From NCBI GenBank assembly GCA_944391465.1, contig CALXTS010000006.1, positions 397 to 64,396 on the forward strand: a stretch of 64,000 nucleotides of DNA, written 5' to 3'. Under the pieces are notes generated by a model, which ran no database searches, was not told the origin of the DNA, and worked only from the letters and a program-made list of their open reading frames with translations. This document shows positions 8,346-17,341 of the stretch, in pieces. The position numbers were made by a program, and so were the translations under genes. How positions within the stretch are numbered: position 1 is the first letter of the stretch; each line of letters opens with the position of its first letter. The DNA is from an uncultured Alphaproteobacteria bacterium. GTDB taxonomy: Bacteria > Pseudomonadota > Alphaproteobacteria > RF32 > CAG-239.

Positions 8346-9557
8346 ATGGCTTTAAAAGGTTTTATTCCATCAACAACGGGAATGTTGGCGCAATCACATT
8401 CATTGTCGCAAATAAGCACGAATATTGCCAATATCAGTACGGTAGGTTATCGTACAAATGAGACAATGTTTTATACTTTGTTGGGCTCTAATCCTGTTGT
8501 AAAAAATAACAATTCGGGAATTTCATCATCAAGGGTTGATGTGCAAGGCGTTGGATATTACGACAGAACCAATGTCTTGGATCAAGGTGTGATAAGCTCA
8601 ACAGGTCAGGCTTATGACGTTGCAATTAACGGAAATGAAAATGCCTTCTTTTTAGTCAAAGATGTGTATGGGAATGATTACTATACAAGAGCCGGAAATT
8701 TTAGCACATTGACTCAAAACGGTGTGACGTACCTCGTAAATCAAAATGGATTGAAGGTTCAAGGTTTCCCCTCTATTGATGGAAAAGAAGAGTTTGCCGC
8801 CAATACGGAAAATATCGTTATCGAATATCCTGAGAAAATCCCCGCAGTTCCAACAACAGAAGCGATGATTGTGGCAAATATCCCGGCGACAGGAGTTGAT
8901 AAAACAGCTATAGGATTAACAATATACGGAAATAATCATGAAGGTGAGACACTACATCTGATATTTAATAAAGTTGAGGGGAAAACAAATACCTGGAATA
9001 TTTCATTTGATGTTGAGGATGGAACTGTAACATCAGCGGAAACAGAAATCATTTTTGATTCTTCGGGAAATTTGGTCTCTCCTAAAAATTTGGCAGTTAA
9101 TGTAGCTTGGAATGACGGAGAAACAAATAATATCAGCATTGATATGTCAAAAATTACCCAACTTGCCGATGTCGATGTTCAGACCTATATAGAGCAAAAC
9201 GGCGCGCCAAGCGGAAGTTTTGTAAAAAGTTTTATAGGTGAAGATGGGATAGTTAAAGCCTATTACAGTAATGGGGACTACTATAATTTTGCTAAAATAG
9301 CTCTTGTCGGTTTTACAGCTCCGGAAAATTTGAGCCCTTATGAGGGAACTCTTTTTGTGGCCAATACGGATACCGGAGAAAGTTTTTATGTAAATGATAC
9401 GTCAACACTTGTTGCCGGTGCCGTAGAAAGCTCAACGGTAGATATTGAGGAAGAATTTTCCCGAATGATTTTAGTTCAGCGAGCATATTCAACCAATGCC
9501 AATGCATTTACAACGACAAACGAGATGTTGCAAACGGCAATTGATTTAAAGAGTTAA
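8346..9557 (+). CDS. flgE: Flagellar hook protein FlgE
   Basis: N-terminal rod/hook motif (ISTNIANISTVGYR) and a C-terminal conserved segment (EEFSRMILVQRAYSTNA...TNEML). 403 aa. Confidence 0.85.
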   Translation: MALKGFIPSTTGMLAQSHSLSQISTNIANISTVGYRTNETMFYTLLGSNPVVKNNNSGISSSRVDVQGVGYYDRTNVLDQGVISSTGQAYDVAINGNENAFFLVKDVYGNDYYTRAGNFSTLTQNGVTYLVNQNGLKVQGFPSIDGKEEFAANTENIVIEYPEKIPAVPTTEAMIVANIPATGVDKTAIGLTIYGNNHEGETLHLIFNKVEGKTNTWNISFDVEDGTVTSAETEIIFDSSGNLVSPKNLAVNVAWNDGETNNISIDMSKITQLADVDVQTYIEQNGAPSGSFVKSFIGEDGIVKAYYSNGDYYNFAKIALVGFTAPENLSPYEGTLFVANTDTGESFYVNDTSTLVAGAVESSTVDIEEEFSRMILVQRAYSTNANAFTTTNEMLQTAIDLKS

Positions 9558-9588
9558 AAAAAGTCCGGAATAAAATTCCGGACTTTTT
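9556..9588. terminator. Bidirectional terminator between flgE and the convergent DUF2934 gene
   Basis: GTCCGGAAT AAA ATTCCGGAC (9563-9583), flanked by an A-run and a T-run. Confidence 0.75.
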
Positions 9589-9602
9589 AGCTTACCAAAA
9601 AC

Positions 9603-9887
9603 TTATTTAGATTTTTTAGAAGTTTTTTTAGTAGAAGAAGATTTCAAAGCAACACTTTTCTTTACAGAAGAAGTTGTTTTGCAGGCAGAAGCTTTTTTGC
9701 TGCCGGTAGAAGTTGTTTTAGAAGAACTTTTATATGTATTTGTATTGCCATTCAAAGCAGCATAAGCAGATAATTGATTGATGGCAGCATTCCAATCTTG
9801 AACACTGGTATTAGCCGGACATCCGTTGTTTTTCCAGATATAGTAAGCAGCTTCACGAATAGCATCTTCATTCAAAAAGTTTTTCAT
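9603..9887 (-). CDS. DUF2934-like small protein with a Ser/Thr/Lys-rich tail
   Basis: The N-terminal segment AIREAAYYIWKNNGCP matches my recollection of DUF2934. The C-terminal ~45 aa is low-complexity S/T/K. Start moved to 9887 (MKNFLNED). Confidence 0.6.
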   Translation of the reverse strand: MKNFLNEDAIREAAYYIWKNNGCPANTSVQDWNAAINQLSAYAALNGNTNTYKSSSKTTSTGSKKASACKTTSSVKKSVALKSSSTKKTSKKSK

Positions 9888-10051
9888 AACATAGTCTCCC
9901 AAAAAGTACAAAGAAATTTAATAAAATCAAAGACAATAATAAACATTGATTTATTAAAAAGTGTTTAATATTTTGAAAAAACTTGAAAATAAAATATGAG
10001 GTAAGAATAAAACAAAACCCCAAGGAAAATAAAATATCCAAGGGGTTTAGA

Positions 10052-10127
<76 letters not shown>

Positions 10128-10265
10128 ATCAATCAACGAAGAGTTTTATAAAACATATTTTTTTGCTTGTCTAGTCTAAAATTACATTGTTTATCATTTT
10201 TTTTATAATATTTGCAAAAACAAGATTTTATTTTATAAATTAAATAAAAACAGATAGGGAAAAAA

Positions 10266-10733
10266 ATGTTTGCTTTTGTATATCAAACAAAAATATCGCC
10301 ATTGCTTTTAATAGAAGATAAAGAAACGTTGTGTGGTTTATATTTTAATTCGGTCATGCCTTCTGGGTGTGAGCAAAGGGAAACAAATTTCTTAAAAAAA
10401 GTAGAGAAGGAATTGTCTGAGTATTTTTCAGGCAAACGAAAGTTTTTTGATATTCCTTTGAGTATAAAGGGTACGGCTTTTCAAAAAGAGGTATGGAATG
10501 CATTGCAAACCATTCCTTATGGAGAAACACGTTCGTATAAAGATATTGCCAATCAAATAGGTTGTTATAATGGCTTCAGAGCTGTAGGAATGGCAAATCA
10601 TAATAATCCGATAAGCATAATCATTCCATGTCATCGGGTTATTTCTGCAAGTGGAAAGTTGACAGGCTATGCCGGAGGAATAGATATAAAAGAAAAACTA
10701 TTAAAATTGGAGCGTAATTTTTATAGGAAATAA
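10266..10733 (+). CDS. ogt: Methylated-DNA--protein-cysteine methyltransferase
   Basis: Active-site motif IIIPCHRVI, preceded by YGETRSYKDIA. Confidence 0.9.
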   Translation: MFAFVYQTKISPLLLIEDKETLCGLYFNSVMPSGCEQRETNFLKKVEKELSEYFSGKRKFFDIPLSIKGTAFQKEVWNALQTIPYGETRSYKDIANQIGCYNGFRAVGMANHNNPISIIIPCHRVISASGKLTGYAGGIDIKEKLLKLERNFYRK

Positions 10734-10769
10734 AAAATCTCGGTTCATTTCTGAAACCGAGATTTTTTT
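10732..10769. terminator. Bidirectional terminator between ogt and the aminotransferase gene
   Basis: ATCTCGGTT ... AACCGAGAT, flanked by an A-run and a T-run. Confidence 0.7.
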
Positions 10770-10783
10770 GTTATGCGAAGGAA

Positions 10784-11944
10784 TTAAGCCGCTTTATTTT
10801 GTTTTTTTGCAGCAAATTCATTCATTGTTTCAATAATGTAATCCAATTCCTCATCTGTTAAGTAAGGGGTCATTGGAATAGATAAAACGGTTTTAGATAA
10901 TTTTTCACAAACCGGCATCGGACGAGTATTCCATTTAGCATATGCGGTTTGAGTATTTATCGGACGAGGATAATAAGCACCGCAAGGAATACCGTTTTCT
11001 TTAAGATAAGTCATCAATTCATCACGATCTTCACAATGAATTGTGTACAAAGCATAAGCTGATTTACAATTATCCAAAATTTTCTGTTTGCCGTAGTAGC
11101 TGCTTAATTCATTATCATATCTGCTTGCAACTCTGGCGCGATCTTTAAGTTCTTGATCAAAAACAGTTAATTTGAGTAACAAAACAGCACCTTGGAAAGA
11201 ATTCATGCGGCCGGTTAAACCCAAACGTACATTATCATAATGGTCTTCCGGACTCATTCCGTGAACACGGCAAGATTTAACCAGTTCGTTTTCCTCATTA
11301 GTGTTAGAGAAAACAGCTCCGCCGTCGCCATAACATCCGAGAGGTTTTGTCGGATAGAAAGAGGTAGCGGACATATCGGCAATGCTTCCGGCTTTTTTGC
11401 CTTTATAAACAGAACCATAAGATTGGCAAGAGTCGGACAAAACTTTCATTCCGTTAGCATGAGCGATTTTGATAATTTCATCATAATCGCAAGGAGAACC
11501 GAAGATATCAACCGGAATTACGGCCTTAAGATTGAGTTTTCCTTCTTTTTTAACCTCATCAATAGCACGTTGTAAATCTTTAGGATCCATGTTATATGTA
11601 TCAGGATCAGAATCAACAAAGATAGGTGTAGCCCCAAGCAAAACAGGAGCTTCTGCAGAAGCAACAAAAGTGAATGAAGAAACAAACACGGCATCACCGG
11701 CTTTAACACCCCAAGCCATTAAAGCTAAAGTCAAAGCATCTGTACCTGAGCCACAAGTTGAACAATATTTTGTTCCTGAATATTGTGCCAATTTTTCATC
11801 AAGTTCGCGAGTTTCAGGCCCCTGGCAATAAGCACCATGGTTAAGAATATTTTCAAACCCTTTTAAAAATTTATCCTGACCAATAATACTTTGAGAGGTT
11901 TTGCAGTCAAAAAGCATAATCGGTTTAGCAGGTTTTGTAGTCAT
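10784..11944 (-). CDS. DegT/DnrJ/EryC1/StrS family sugar aminotransferase
   Basis: 386 aa. PLP-enzyme pattern (GSGTDAL, SFYPTKPLG) typical of sugar-nucleotide aminotransferases. Confidence 0.85.
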   Translation of the reverse strand: MTTKPAKPIMLFDCKTSQSIIGQDKFLKGFENILNHGAYCQGPETRELDEKLAQYSGTKYCSTCGSGTDALTLALMAWGVKAGDAVFVSSFTFVASAEAPVLLGATPIFVDSDPDTYNMDPKDLQRAIDEVKKEGKLNLKAVIPVDIFGSPCDYDEIIKIAHANGMKVLSDSCQSYGSVYKGKKAGSIADMSATSFYPTKPLGCYGDGGAVFSNTNEENELVKSCRVHGMSPEDHYDNVRLGLTGRMNSFQGAVLLLKLTVFDQELKDRARVASRYDNELSSYYGKQKILDNCKSAYALYTIHCEDRDELMTYLKENGIPCGAYYPRPINTQTAYAKWNTRPMPVCEKLSKTVLSIPMTPYLTDEELDYIIETMNEFAAKKQNKAA

Positions 11945-12142
11945 AGTTTTTCGTCCTCTATAAATGTTTTAACTAAGGCAGAGGATATCCGAAAAGAAGT
12001 ATTTTGGCAAAACACAAATCATTTCGTGATTGTAACAAAAAAATACATACTCATTTTTATTATATCTTTAGTTATATTTATTGATTTTCTGCTAATAAAT
12101 GATATATTCAAAAAAAATTTAATTTTAGATAAGAGGTTTGCA

Positions 12143-12952
12143 GTGGTAAAATCAGTTTTAAAACTACCGATGGTCTTATTGGCAAGCGTTTGCATTGTGT
12201 CTTGTGCATCAACATCTCAAAAAGTAACAACAACGGCAGATGAGCATGAGCAAGAAGACAGCCTTGAAAGTTTCAACCGCTCAATGTTTGAATTTAACTA
12301 TCAGTTTGATAAATATGTATTAAAACCATTGGCTGAAGGTTATCGTGCAATTACCAATCAGTTTATCAGAGACAGAGTCCGCGGTGTTTTTTCAAACCTC
12401 AGAGAGCCCCTATCTGCGGGAAACTATATCTTGCAAGCAGAACCGACAGCTTCGGCAAAGAGTTTATCTCGTTTTGTAATCAACTCAACGCTCGGTTTAG
12501 CCGGAATGTTTGATGTTGCGGAAGGTTGGGGGTTACCCAAAGATCGTACCGGCTTTAATGAAACCTTTGCCAAGTGGTGTGTTCCGCAAGGTCCGTTTAT
12601 CGTTTTGCCGTTTTTAGGCCCAAGCACTCCAAGGTCAGCCGTTGGATTAGCCTTTGAATTTGTCTTTGATCCCGTATTTTGGACAACGTATCATGATGCA
12701 AACATACATGATAAGATTGCCTATTCTTATGCTGCTGCTCAAGCAATTACTTTAAGAGAAAGCGGGCTTGAGTTATTAGATGATTTGGAACGTAATTCTG
12801 TTGATTTCTATGCAACCATGCGCTCGGCATATCTCCAAAACCAAAGCAAGTTAAGATGTTTCAGAGATTCTGAAAAAGAAGAGAACACTTATGACTTTGA
12901 TTTTGGTATAGAAGAGGAAGATGCCGCATTTGATGAGATGGAAACCGAATAA
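12143..12952 (+). CDS. mlaA: MlaA/VacJ family lipoprotein (GTG start)
   Basis: Lipobox IVSCAS and the VacJ motif FNRSMFEFNYQFDKYVLKPLAEGY...NLREP. I chose the GTG at 12143, which has AAGAGG 6 nt upstream. The ORF-track extension to 11891 overlaps the divergent gene and its promoter. Confidence 0.8.
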   Translation: MVKSVLKLPMVLLASVCIVSCASTSQKVTTTADEHEQEDSLESFNRSMFEFNYQFDKYVLKPLAEGYRAITNQFIRDRVRGVFSNLREPLSAGNYILQAEPTASAKSLSRFVINSTLGLAGMFDVAEGWGLPKDRTGFNETFAKWCVPQGPFIVLPFLGPSTPRSAVGLAFEFVFDPVFWTTYHDANIHDKIAYSYAAAQAITLRESGLELLDDLERNSVDFYATMRSAYLQNQSKLRCFRDSEKEENTYDFDFGIEEEDAAFDEMETE

Positions 12953-12985
12953 TTCTACAAAACTATTGTTAAGGAGACTTTTTGA

Positions 12986-13585
12986 ATGAATAAAAAATTT
13001 TTATCAGCCGTTTCAGCAGTTTTAATGCTTGTTTCCGGTATGGCAAATGCCGCAGAACCCAATGGAGAAGCCGCGCTTAAATTTGTTAGAGATGTAACCA
13101 CGGAAGGAATAGAACAAATTATTAATGCTAATGTTTCTCAGGCGGAAAAAGATAAAAGATTCGCAAAGCTCTTTAATGAGGCCTTGGATTTAGATTTTAT
13201 TGGACAGTTTGTTTTAGGTAGAAATTGGCGTACGGCAACTCCGGAACAACGAAAAGAGTTTATCTCCGTATATCGTCAGCTGAATATATCAACCTGGTCA
13301 AAGAGATTTGATGAATTTAAAGGTAAGAATTTTGTTTTTCATGGGACGTCACCCTCTAACTCAAAAGGGCAGATTTTTGTAAACTCAACTGTTCCGATGG
13401 ATCAGGGCGAGCCTGCAAAGGTTGTATGGCGTGTTCGTGAAAAAGGCGGTAAAATGAAAATTGTTGACATCATTATTGAAAATGTAAGTTTAGCAATTAC
13501 TGCCCGAAATGAATATACGGCATTTATCAAAAATAATCCTGGTGGAGTTGATGCTTTGATAGCCAACCTGAAAACCAAAATCTAA
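12986..13585 (+). CDS. mlaC: MlaC/Ttg2D phospholipid-binding periplasmic protein
   Basis: Signal peptide plus LDFIGQFVLGRNWRTATPEQRKEF, characteristic of the toluene-tolerance Ttg2D/MlaC family. Confidence 0.8.
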   Translation: MNKKFLSAVSAVLMLVSGMANAAEPNGEAALKFVRDVTTEGIEQIINANVSQAEKDKRFAKLFNEALDLDFIGQFVLGRNWRTATPEQRKEFISVYRQLNISTWSKRFDEFKGKNFVFHGTSPSNSKGQIFVNSTVPMDQGEPAKVVWRVREKGGKMKIVDIIIENVSLAITARNEYTAFIKNNPGGVDALIANLKTKI

Positions 13586-13590
13586 AATCT

Positions 13591-13621
13591 AAAAAAAGCC
13601 CCTCAAGTGAGGGGCTTTTTC
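13591..13621. terminator. Bidirectional rho-independent terminator
   Basis: GCCCCTC AAGT GAGGGGC (13598-13615), flanked by A7 and T5. Confidence 0.8.
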
Positions 13622-13699
13622 ATAAATATAATCAATTTGATAATGCTGCAATAAGGTTATATAAGCTCGAAGATATAATTCCTTAATTAAAAAGATAAA

Positions 13700-13830
13700 C
13701 TTCCACTAGCTAACGCAAGTGGTATTACCTGTTCCGAACTACGTTCGCCCTGCCCAAAGGCTTCGCAAGCCTAACGGCTGGGCAGGTATGTCTACATCTA
13801 CCTGCTTACGCAGGTAGTGTTACGTTCGAA
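13700..13830. ncRNA. Candidate structured RNA (unknown class) in the mlaC-thrS intergenic region
   Basis: A GC-rich island in AT-rich spacer that carries nested perfect stems: CCACT/AGTGG (13703-13722), CTGCCCA/TGGGCAG (13750-13785) enclosing AGGCTT/AAGCCT (13758-13772), CTACCTGC/GCAGGTAG (13798-13817), and all of these bracketed by CGAAC (13735-13739)/GTTCG (13824-13828). No ORF is present. Strand is unresolved. Confidence 0.4.
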
Positions 13831-13902
13831 TCATAAATTATATGCAATATAAAGATTTTGTACTGTTAGGTACAAAACATTGGGCAGAGTTTAAAATGTA
13901 TA

Positions 13903-13930
13903 TAAAAAAGCCACCCGATTAGGGGTGGCT
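13903..13930 (-). terminator. thrS rho-independent terminator
   Basis: AGCCACCC ... GGGTGGCT. On the minus strand the hairpin is followed by a T-run (complement of 13903-13908). Confidence 0.75.
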
Positions 13931-13948
13931 TCAAAATAAGCAATCAAA

Positions 13949-15874
13949 TTATTTATCTTGGCTCGGCATTTTAGCTTCTTCAACCAAAGCCTTAATAAAT
14001 TCATCAAGTTTGATAACCTCTTGCTTATCAGAACCGATACGACGAACCGTAACCGTACCGTTTTCTCTTTCTTTGGCTCCGACAACCGCAATAACCGGAA
14101 TCTTGGCAACTGAATGTTCGCGAATTTTGTAGTTGATTTTTTCATTACGCAAATCAGTTTTAGCCAATAAACCGGCAGCTTTGAGTTTTTTAGCAACTTC
14201 TTCGGCATAATCATCAAATTCGCTGACAATCGGTGCAACCACAACTTGCTCCGGAGAAAGCCATAATGGCAACTTTCCGGCATGATTTTCAATCAAAATA
14301 CCCAAGAAACGCTCAATTGAGCCAAACAACGCACGGTGCAACATAACCGGTTGATGTTTTTCACCGTCTTCGCCGATATAAGAAATATCAAAACGCTGCG
14401 GCAAGTTCATATCAACTTGAATAGTTCCGCATTGCCATTCACGACCGATAGCATCTTTCAAAATGAATTCCAACTTCGGTCCGTAAAAAGCACCTTCTCC
14501 TTCATTGATTTCATATTTATAACCATGAGTTTCTAAGGCACTGGCTAAAGATTTTTCACAAATATCCCAAATTTCATCAGATCCGATTCTTTTCTCAGGT
14601 CTGGTTGAAAGATAAATTTTAACCTCATTAAAGCCGAAATCTTTATAAATATCCAAAATCAATTTTAAGGTTGTAATGCATTCTTCCTCCATTTGTTCAG
14701 GAGTGCAGAAGATATGGGCATCATCTTGTGTAAATTCACGAACGCGCATCAACCCCATTAAAGAACCGGAAGCCTCATAACGGTTTACTTTTCCAAACTC
14801 AGCAACTCTTAAAGGCAAATCACGATAAGATTTGATTCCTTGTTTGTACACTAATAATCCGCCGGGGCAGTTCATCGGCTTAATACAGAACCATTTTTTG
14901 TCCTCGGTCTGACCGGAGTAGTTATGTGCGCCGTATTTTTCCCAGTGTCCGGAAGTCTCCCACAAGCAACGATCCATAACGCGCGGGGTTGAGATTTCAA
15001 TATAACCGTTATTCTCCTGACGTTTACGCATATATTCAATTAATTTACGATAAATGCGATACCCTTTGTCATGCCAAAAAACGGCGCCCGGAGCATAATC
15101 CGGTTCAAAATGGAACAAATCCATTTCACGACCGAGTTTACGGTGATCACGTTTTTCAGCTTCTTCCAACATTTGCAAGTAAGCATCCAAGTCTTTTTTG
15201 GAAGTCCAAGCCGTAGCATAAATACGTTGAAGCATTTCTTTAGAGGAATCACCGCGCCAATAAGCTCCGGCAACTTTCATAAGTTTGAAAGCATCGCCGA
15301 TTTTTCCCGTAGAAGGAACGTGAGGACCACGACACAAATCAGTAAAACTTCCTTGACGATACAAGGATATAACTTCACTTTCAGGCAAATCTTCAATAAT
15401 CTCAGCTTTATAATGTTCGCCTAAATCTTTAAAATATTTAATAGCATCATTACGCGGCATTACGATTCGCTCTAATTTTTCATCGCGTTTTACAATCTCA
15501 TGCATTTTAGCTTCAATTTTAGCAAAATCTTCGGTTGTAAAAGGTTCTTTACGAGCAAAATCATAATAGAAACCGTTTTCGATAGCCGGTCCGATGGTAA
15601 CCTGAACATCATTCCATAATTCTTTCACAGCTTGAGCCATGACATGGGAGCAGGAGTGACGAATAATTTCAAGCCCTTCTTTATCTTTACCGGTAATGAT
15701 GGTTACGGTTGCGTCGGTAGTGATAGGAGTGCTTAAATCTTGAGTTTTTCCGTTTACAGTAATGGCAATTGCCGCTTTAGCCAAGTTTGCACTAATTTTA
15801 TTAGCAATGTCAAAACCATTGACACCGCTTTCCATATCCATCTGACTTCCGTCAGGTAATTTAATCGCAACCAT
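13949..15874 (-). CDS. thrS: Threonine--tRNA ligase
   Basis: TGS-domain start (MVAIKLPDGS), editing-domain HxxxH region (IIRHSCSHVMAQA), class II core, and an anticodon-binding C-terminus. I trimmed the start to 15874, which gives the canonical N-terminus. Confidence 0.95.
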   Translation of the reverse strand: MVAIKLPDGSQMDMESGVNGFDIANKISANLAKAAIAITVNGKTQDLSTPITTDATVTIITGKDKEGLEIIRHSCSHVMAQAVKELWNDVQVTIGPAIENGFYYDFARKEPFTTEDFAKIEAKMHEIVKRDEKLERIVMPRNDAIKYFKDLGEHYKAEIIEDLPESEVISLYRQGSFTDLCRGPHVPSTGKIGDAFKLMKVAGAYWRGDSSKEMLQRIYATAWTSKKDLDAYLQMLEEAEKRDHRKLGREMDLFHFEPDYAPGAVFWHDKGYRIYRKLIEYMRKRQENNGYIEISTPRVMDRCLWETSGHWEKYGAHNYSGQTEDKKWFCIKPMNCPGGLLVYKQGIKSYRDLPLRVAEFGKVNRYEASGSLMGLMRVREFTQDDAHIFCTPEQMEEECITTLKLILDIYKDFGFNEVKIYLSTRPEKRIGSDEIWDICEKSLASALETHGYKYEINEGEGAFYGPKLEFILKDAIGREWQCGTIQVDMNLPQRFDISYIGEDGEKHQPVMLHRALFGSIERFLGILIENHAGKLPLWLSPEQVVVAPIVSEFDDYAEEVAKKLKAAGLLAKTDLRNEKINYKIREHSVAKIPVIAVVGAKERENGTVTVRRIGSDKQEVIKLDEFIKALVEEAKMPSQDK

Positions 15875-15991
15875 TTTAAATTTTCCTTTATTCATATTTT
15901 TATAGTTAGTCATGATGATCAAAAAGGTTATGTCTAAGACACAACCTCTGCCGAAAGCTCTCATGACGGCTTTACGGCAATAAGAAGCCTG

Positions 15992-17146
15992 TTAATTAGA
16001 CAACAAACTTCTGTAAATCTCAATAGTTTTATCACACATTATTTGTTTTGTAAAATGCTCTCTTGCATTTTTTATGCCGGCTTTGCTGATTTTTTCCTTC
16101 TGAGCGTCAGATATTGAGAGCGCCCAATCAAGAGCATCGGCTAAAGATTGAGCATCATTAGCCATAAAGAGCTTTCCGTTTTTTTCATCTTCAATGGTGT
16201 CAAGGGAGCCGCCGATATTTGAAGCAACGACGATTTTTCCCAAAGATTGCCCTTCAATGGAGATGCGCCCGAAGGCTTCAGGATCAATTGCTGTAGAAAG
16301 GACAATATTGGAAACCATCATTAAAGCGGGAACATCAAGAACTTTACCATGAAAACAAACTCGGTCATTTAGATTATATTTATCAACCAAAGCCTTCAAA
16401 CTGTTTAAGTATTTGATGCGCCCTTGTTCATCTCCGGCAATAATGCAATAATAATCTTGAGTTTTTAGTTTAGAAAGAGCCTCAATAAGCAGGTGTTGTC
16501 CTTTCCAGCGAGTAATTCTGCCGACCAATAATAAAACCGGTCTATCTTCAGGAATATTATATTCTTTAATTTTATTAATCATTCTTTCCTGAGAGACTTT
16601 ATCCGGAGAAAATTTTTCCAAATCGACACAACGATGAATAAGAACAAGTTTATTTTCATCAGTTTTATAATTTTTCAAAACATGCTGTTTAATATGATTA
16701 GAGATTACAATAACTTTTTCTCCGTAAGTCATGACACGATTGTAGAATTTTTTGATTCCCCAAGGTCCGAGTCTGTAAGTTCCGTGAAAAGTTGTGACAA
16801 AATGAACTCCGGCGCGTTTTGCTGCCCAATAAGCACTCCAAGCCGGAGCCCGAGAGCGAGCATGTACGATATTAATACCGTTTTCTTTAATAAAAGCCTC
16901 AAGTTTTTTTGCGTTTTTAAGCATGGTAAAAATATTTTTACTTTTAAGCGGCAATGTCAAATGAGGAATCCGTTGTTTTTCCAAATCATAAACCATACGG
17001 CCGCCTTGAGAGGCAACAAAATTTTTAATTCCGGCTTTTTTCATCTCGGTAGCGACTTGTAAAGTTCCGAGTTCAACACCTCCGGTCTCCAATTCCGGTA
17101 AAACTTGCAAAACGACTGGTTCTATTTTTTCTTGTTTTTTTGCCAT
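15992..17146 (-). CDS. Glycosyltransferase family 4
   Basis: N-terminal GGVE motif (LPELETGGVELG) and a C-terminal EAFGRISIEGQ (E-x7-E-like) region. Start moved to 17146 (MAKKQEK). Confidence 0.8.
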   Translation of the reverse strand: MAKKQEKIEPVVLQVLPELETGGVELGTLQVATEMKKAGIKNFVASQGGRMVYDLEKQRIPHLTLPLKSKNIFTMLKNAKKLEAFIKENGINIVHARSRAPAWSAYWAAKRAGVHFVTTFHGTYRLGPWGIKKFYNRVMTYGEKVIVISNHIKQHVLKNYKTDENKLVLIHRCVDLEKFSPDKVSQERMINKIKEYNIPEDRPVLLLVGRITRWKGQHLLIEALSKLKTQDYYCIIAGDEQGRIKYLNSLKALVDKYNLNDRVCFHGKVLDVPALMMVSNIVLSTAIDPEAFGRISIEGQSLGKIVVASNIGGSLDTIEDEKNGKLFMANDAQSLADALDWALSISDAQKEKISKAGIKNAREHFTKQIMCDKTIEIYRSLLSN

Positions 17147-17341
17147 TTTAACATAATCCTGCATTAAACTGTTTAAATCAGACACAAATATTATCCATAA
17201 TTTATAACTTAAAATAAGTTCCGCCAAGCAAAATAATAAAAGATTAACAGATACTCTCTGAATTATCCCCGTAAATCATTGAATTAGACATACATCAGAT
17301 TATTTAAATATTTAAGTTTTGTATAAAAGACGAGGTAAAGG

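Noticed and set aside
11891-12142. Long N-terminal extension of the MlaA ORF, overlapping the DegT-type aminotransferase start.
   Set aside because: It would overlap the divergent gene's 5' end and promoter. The lipoprotein signal peptide with its lipobox begins only after the GTG at 12143, which has a good RBS.
13774-13786. ACGGCTGGGCAG resembles the conserved CCGCCUGGGCA 3' element of ZTP (pfl) riboswitches.
   Set aside because: I see no matching 5' sub-domain (GGGUCGUGACUGGCG-like). No purine or folate gene lies downstream on either strand, and the segment is already satisfied by a local perfect stem.
13820-13835. GTTCGAATC, a T-loop-like string that suggests a tRNA or tmRNA fragment.
   Set aside because: No flanking 5-bp T-stem, acceptor stem or CCA context can be drawn. 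It is better explained as the 3' half of the CGAAC/GTTCG pairing.
13891-14292. 133-aa minus-strand ORF overlapping the 3' end of thrS in another frame.
   Set aside because: It is out of frame within a highly conserved ThrRS anticodon-binding region and runs through the thrS terminator. It is spurious.
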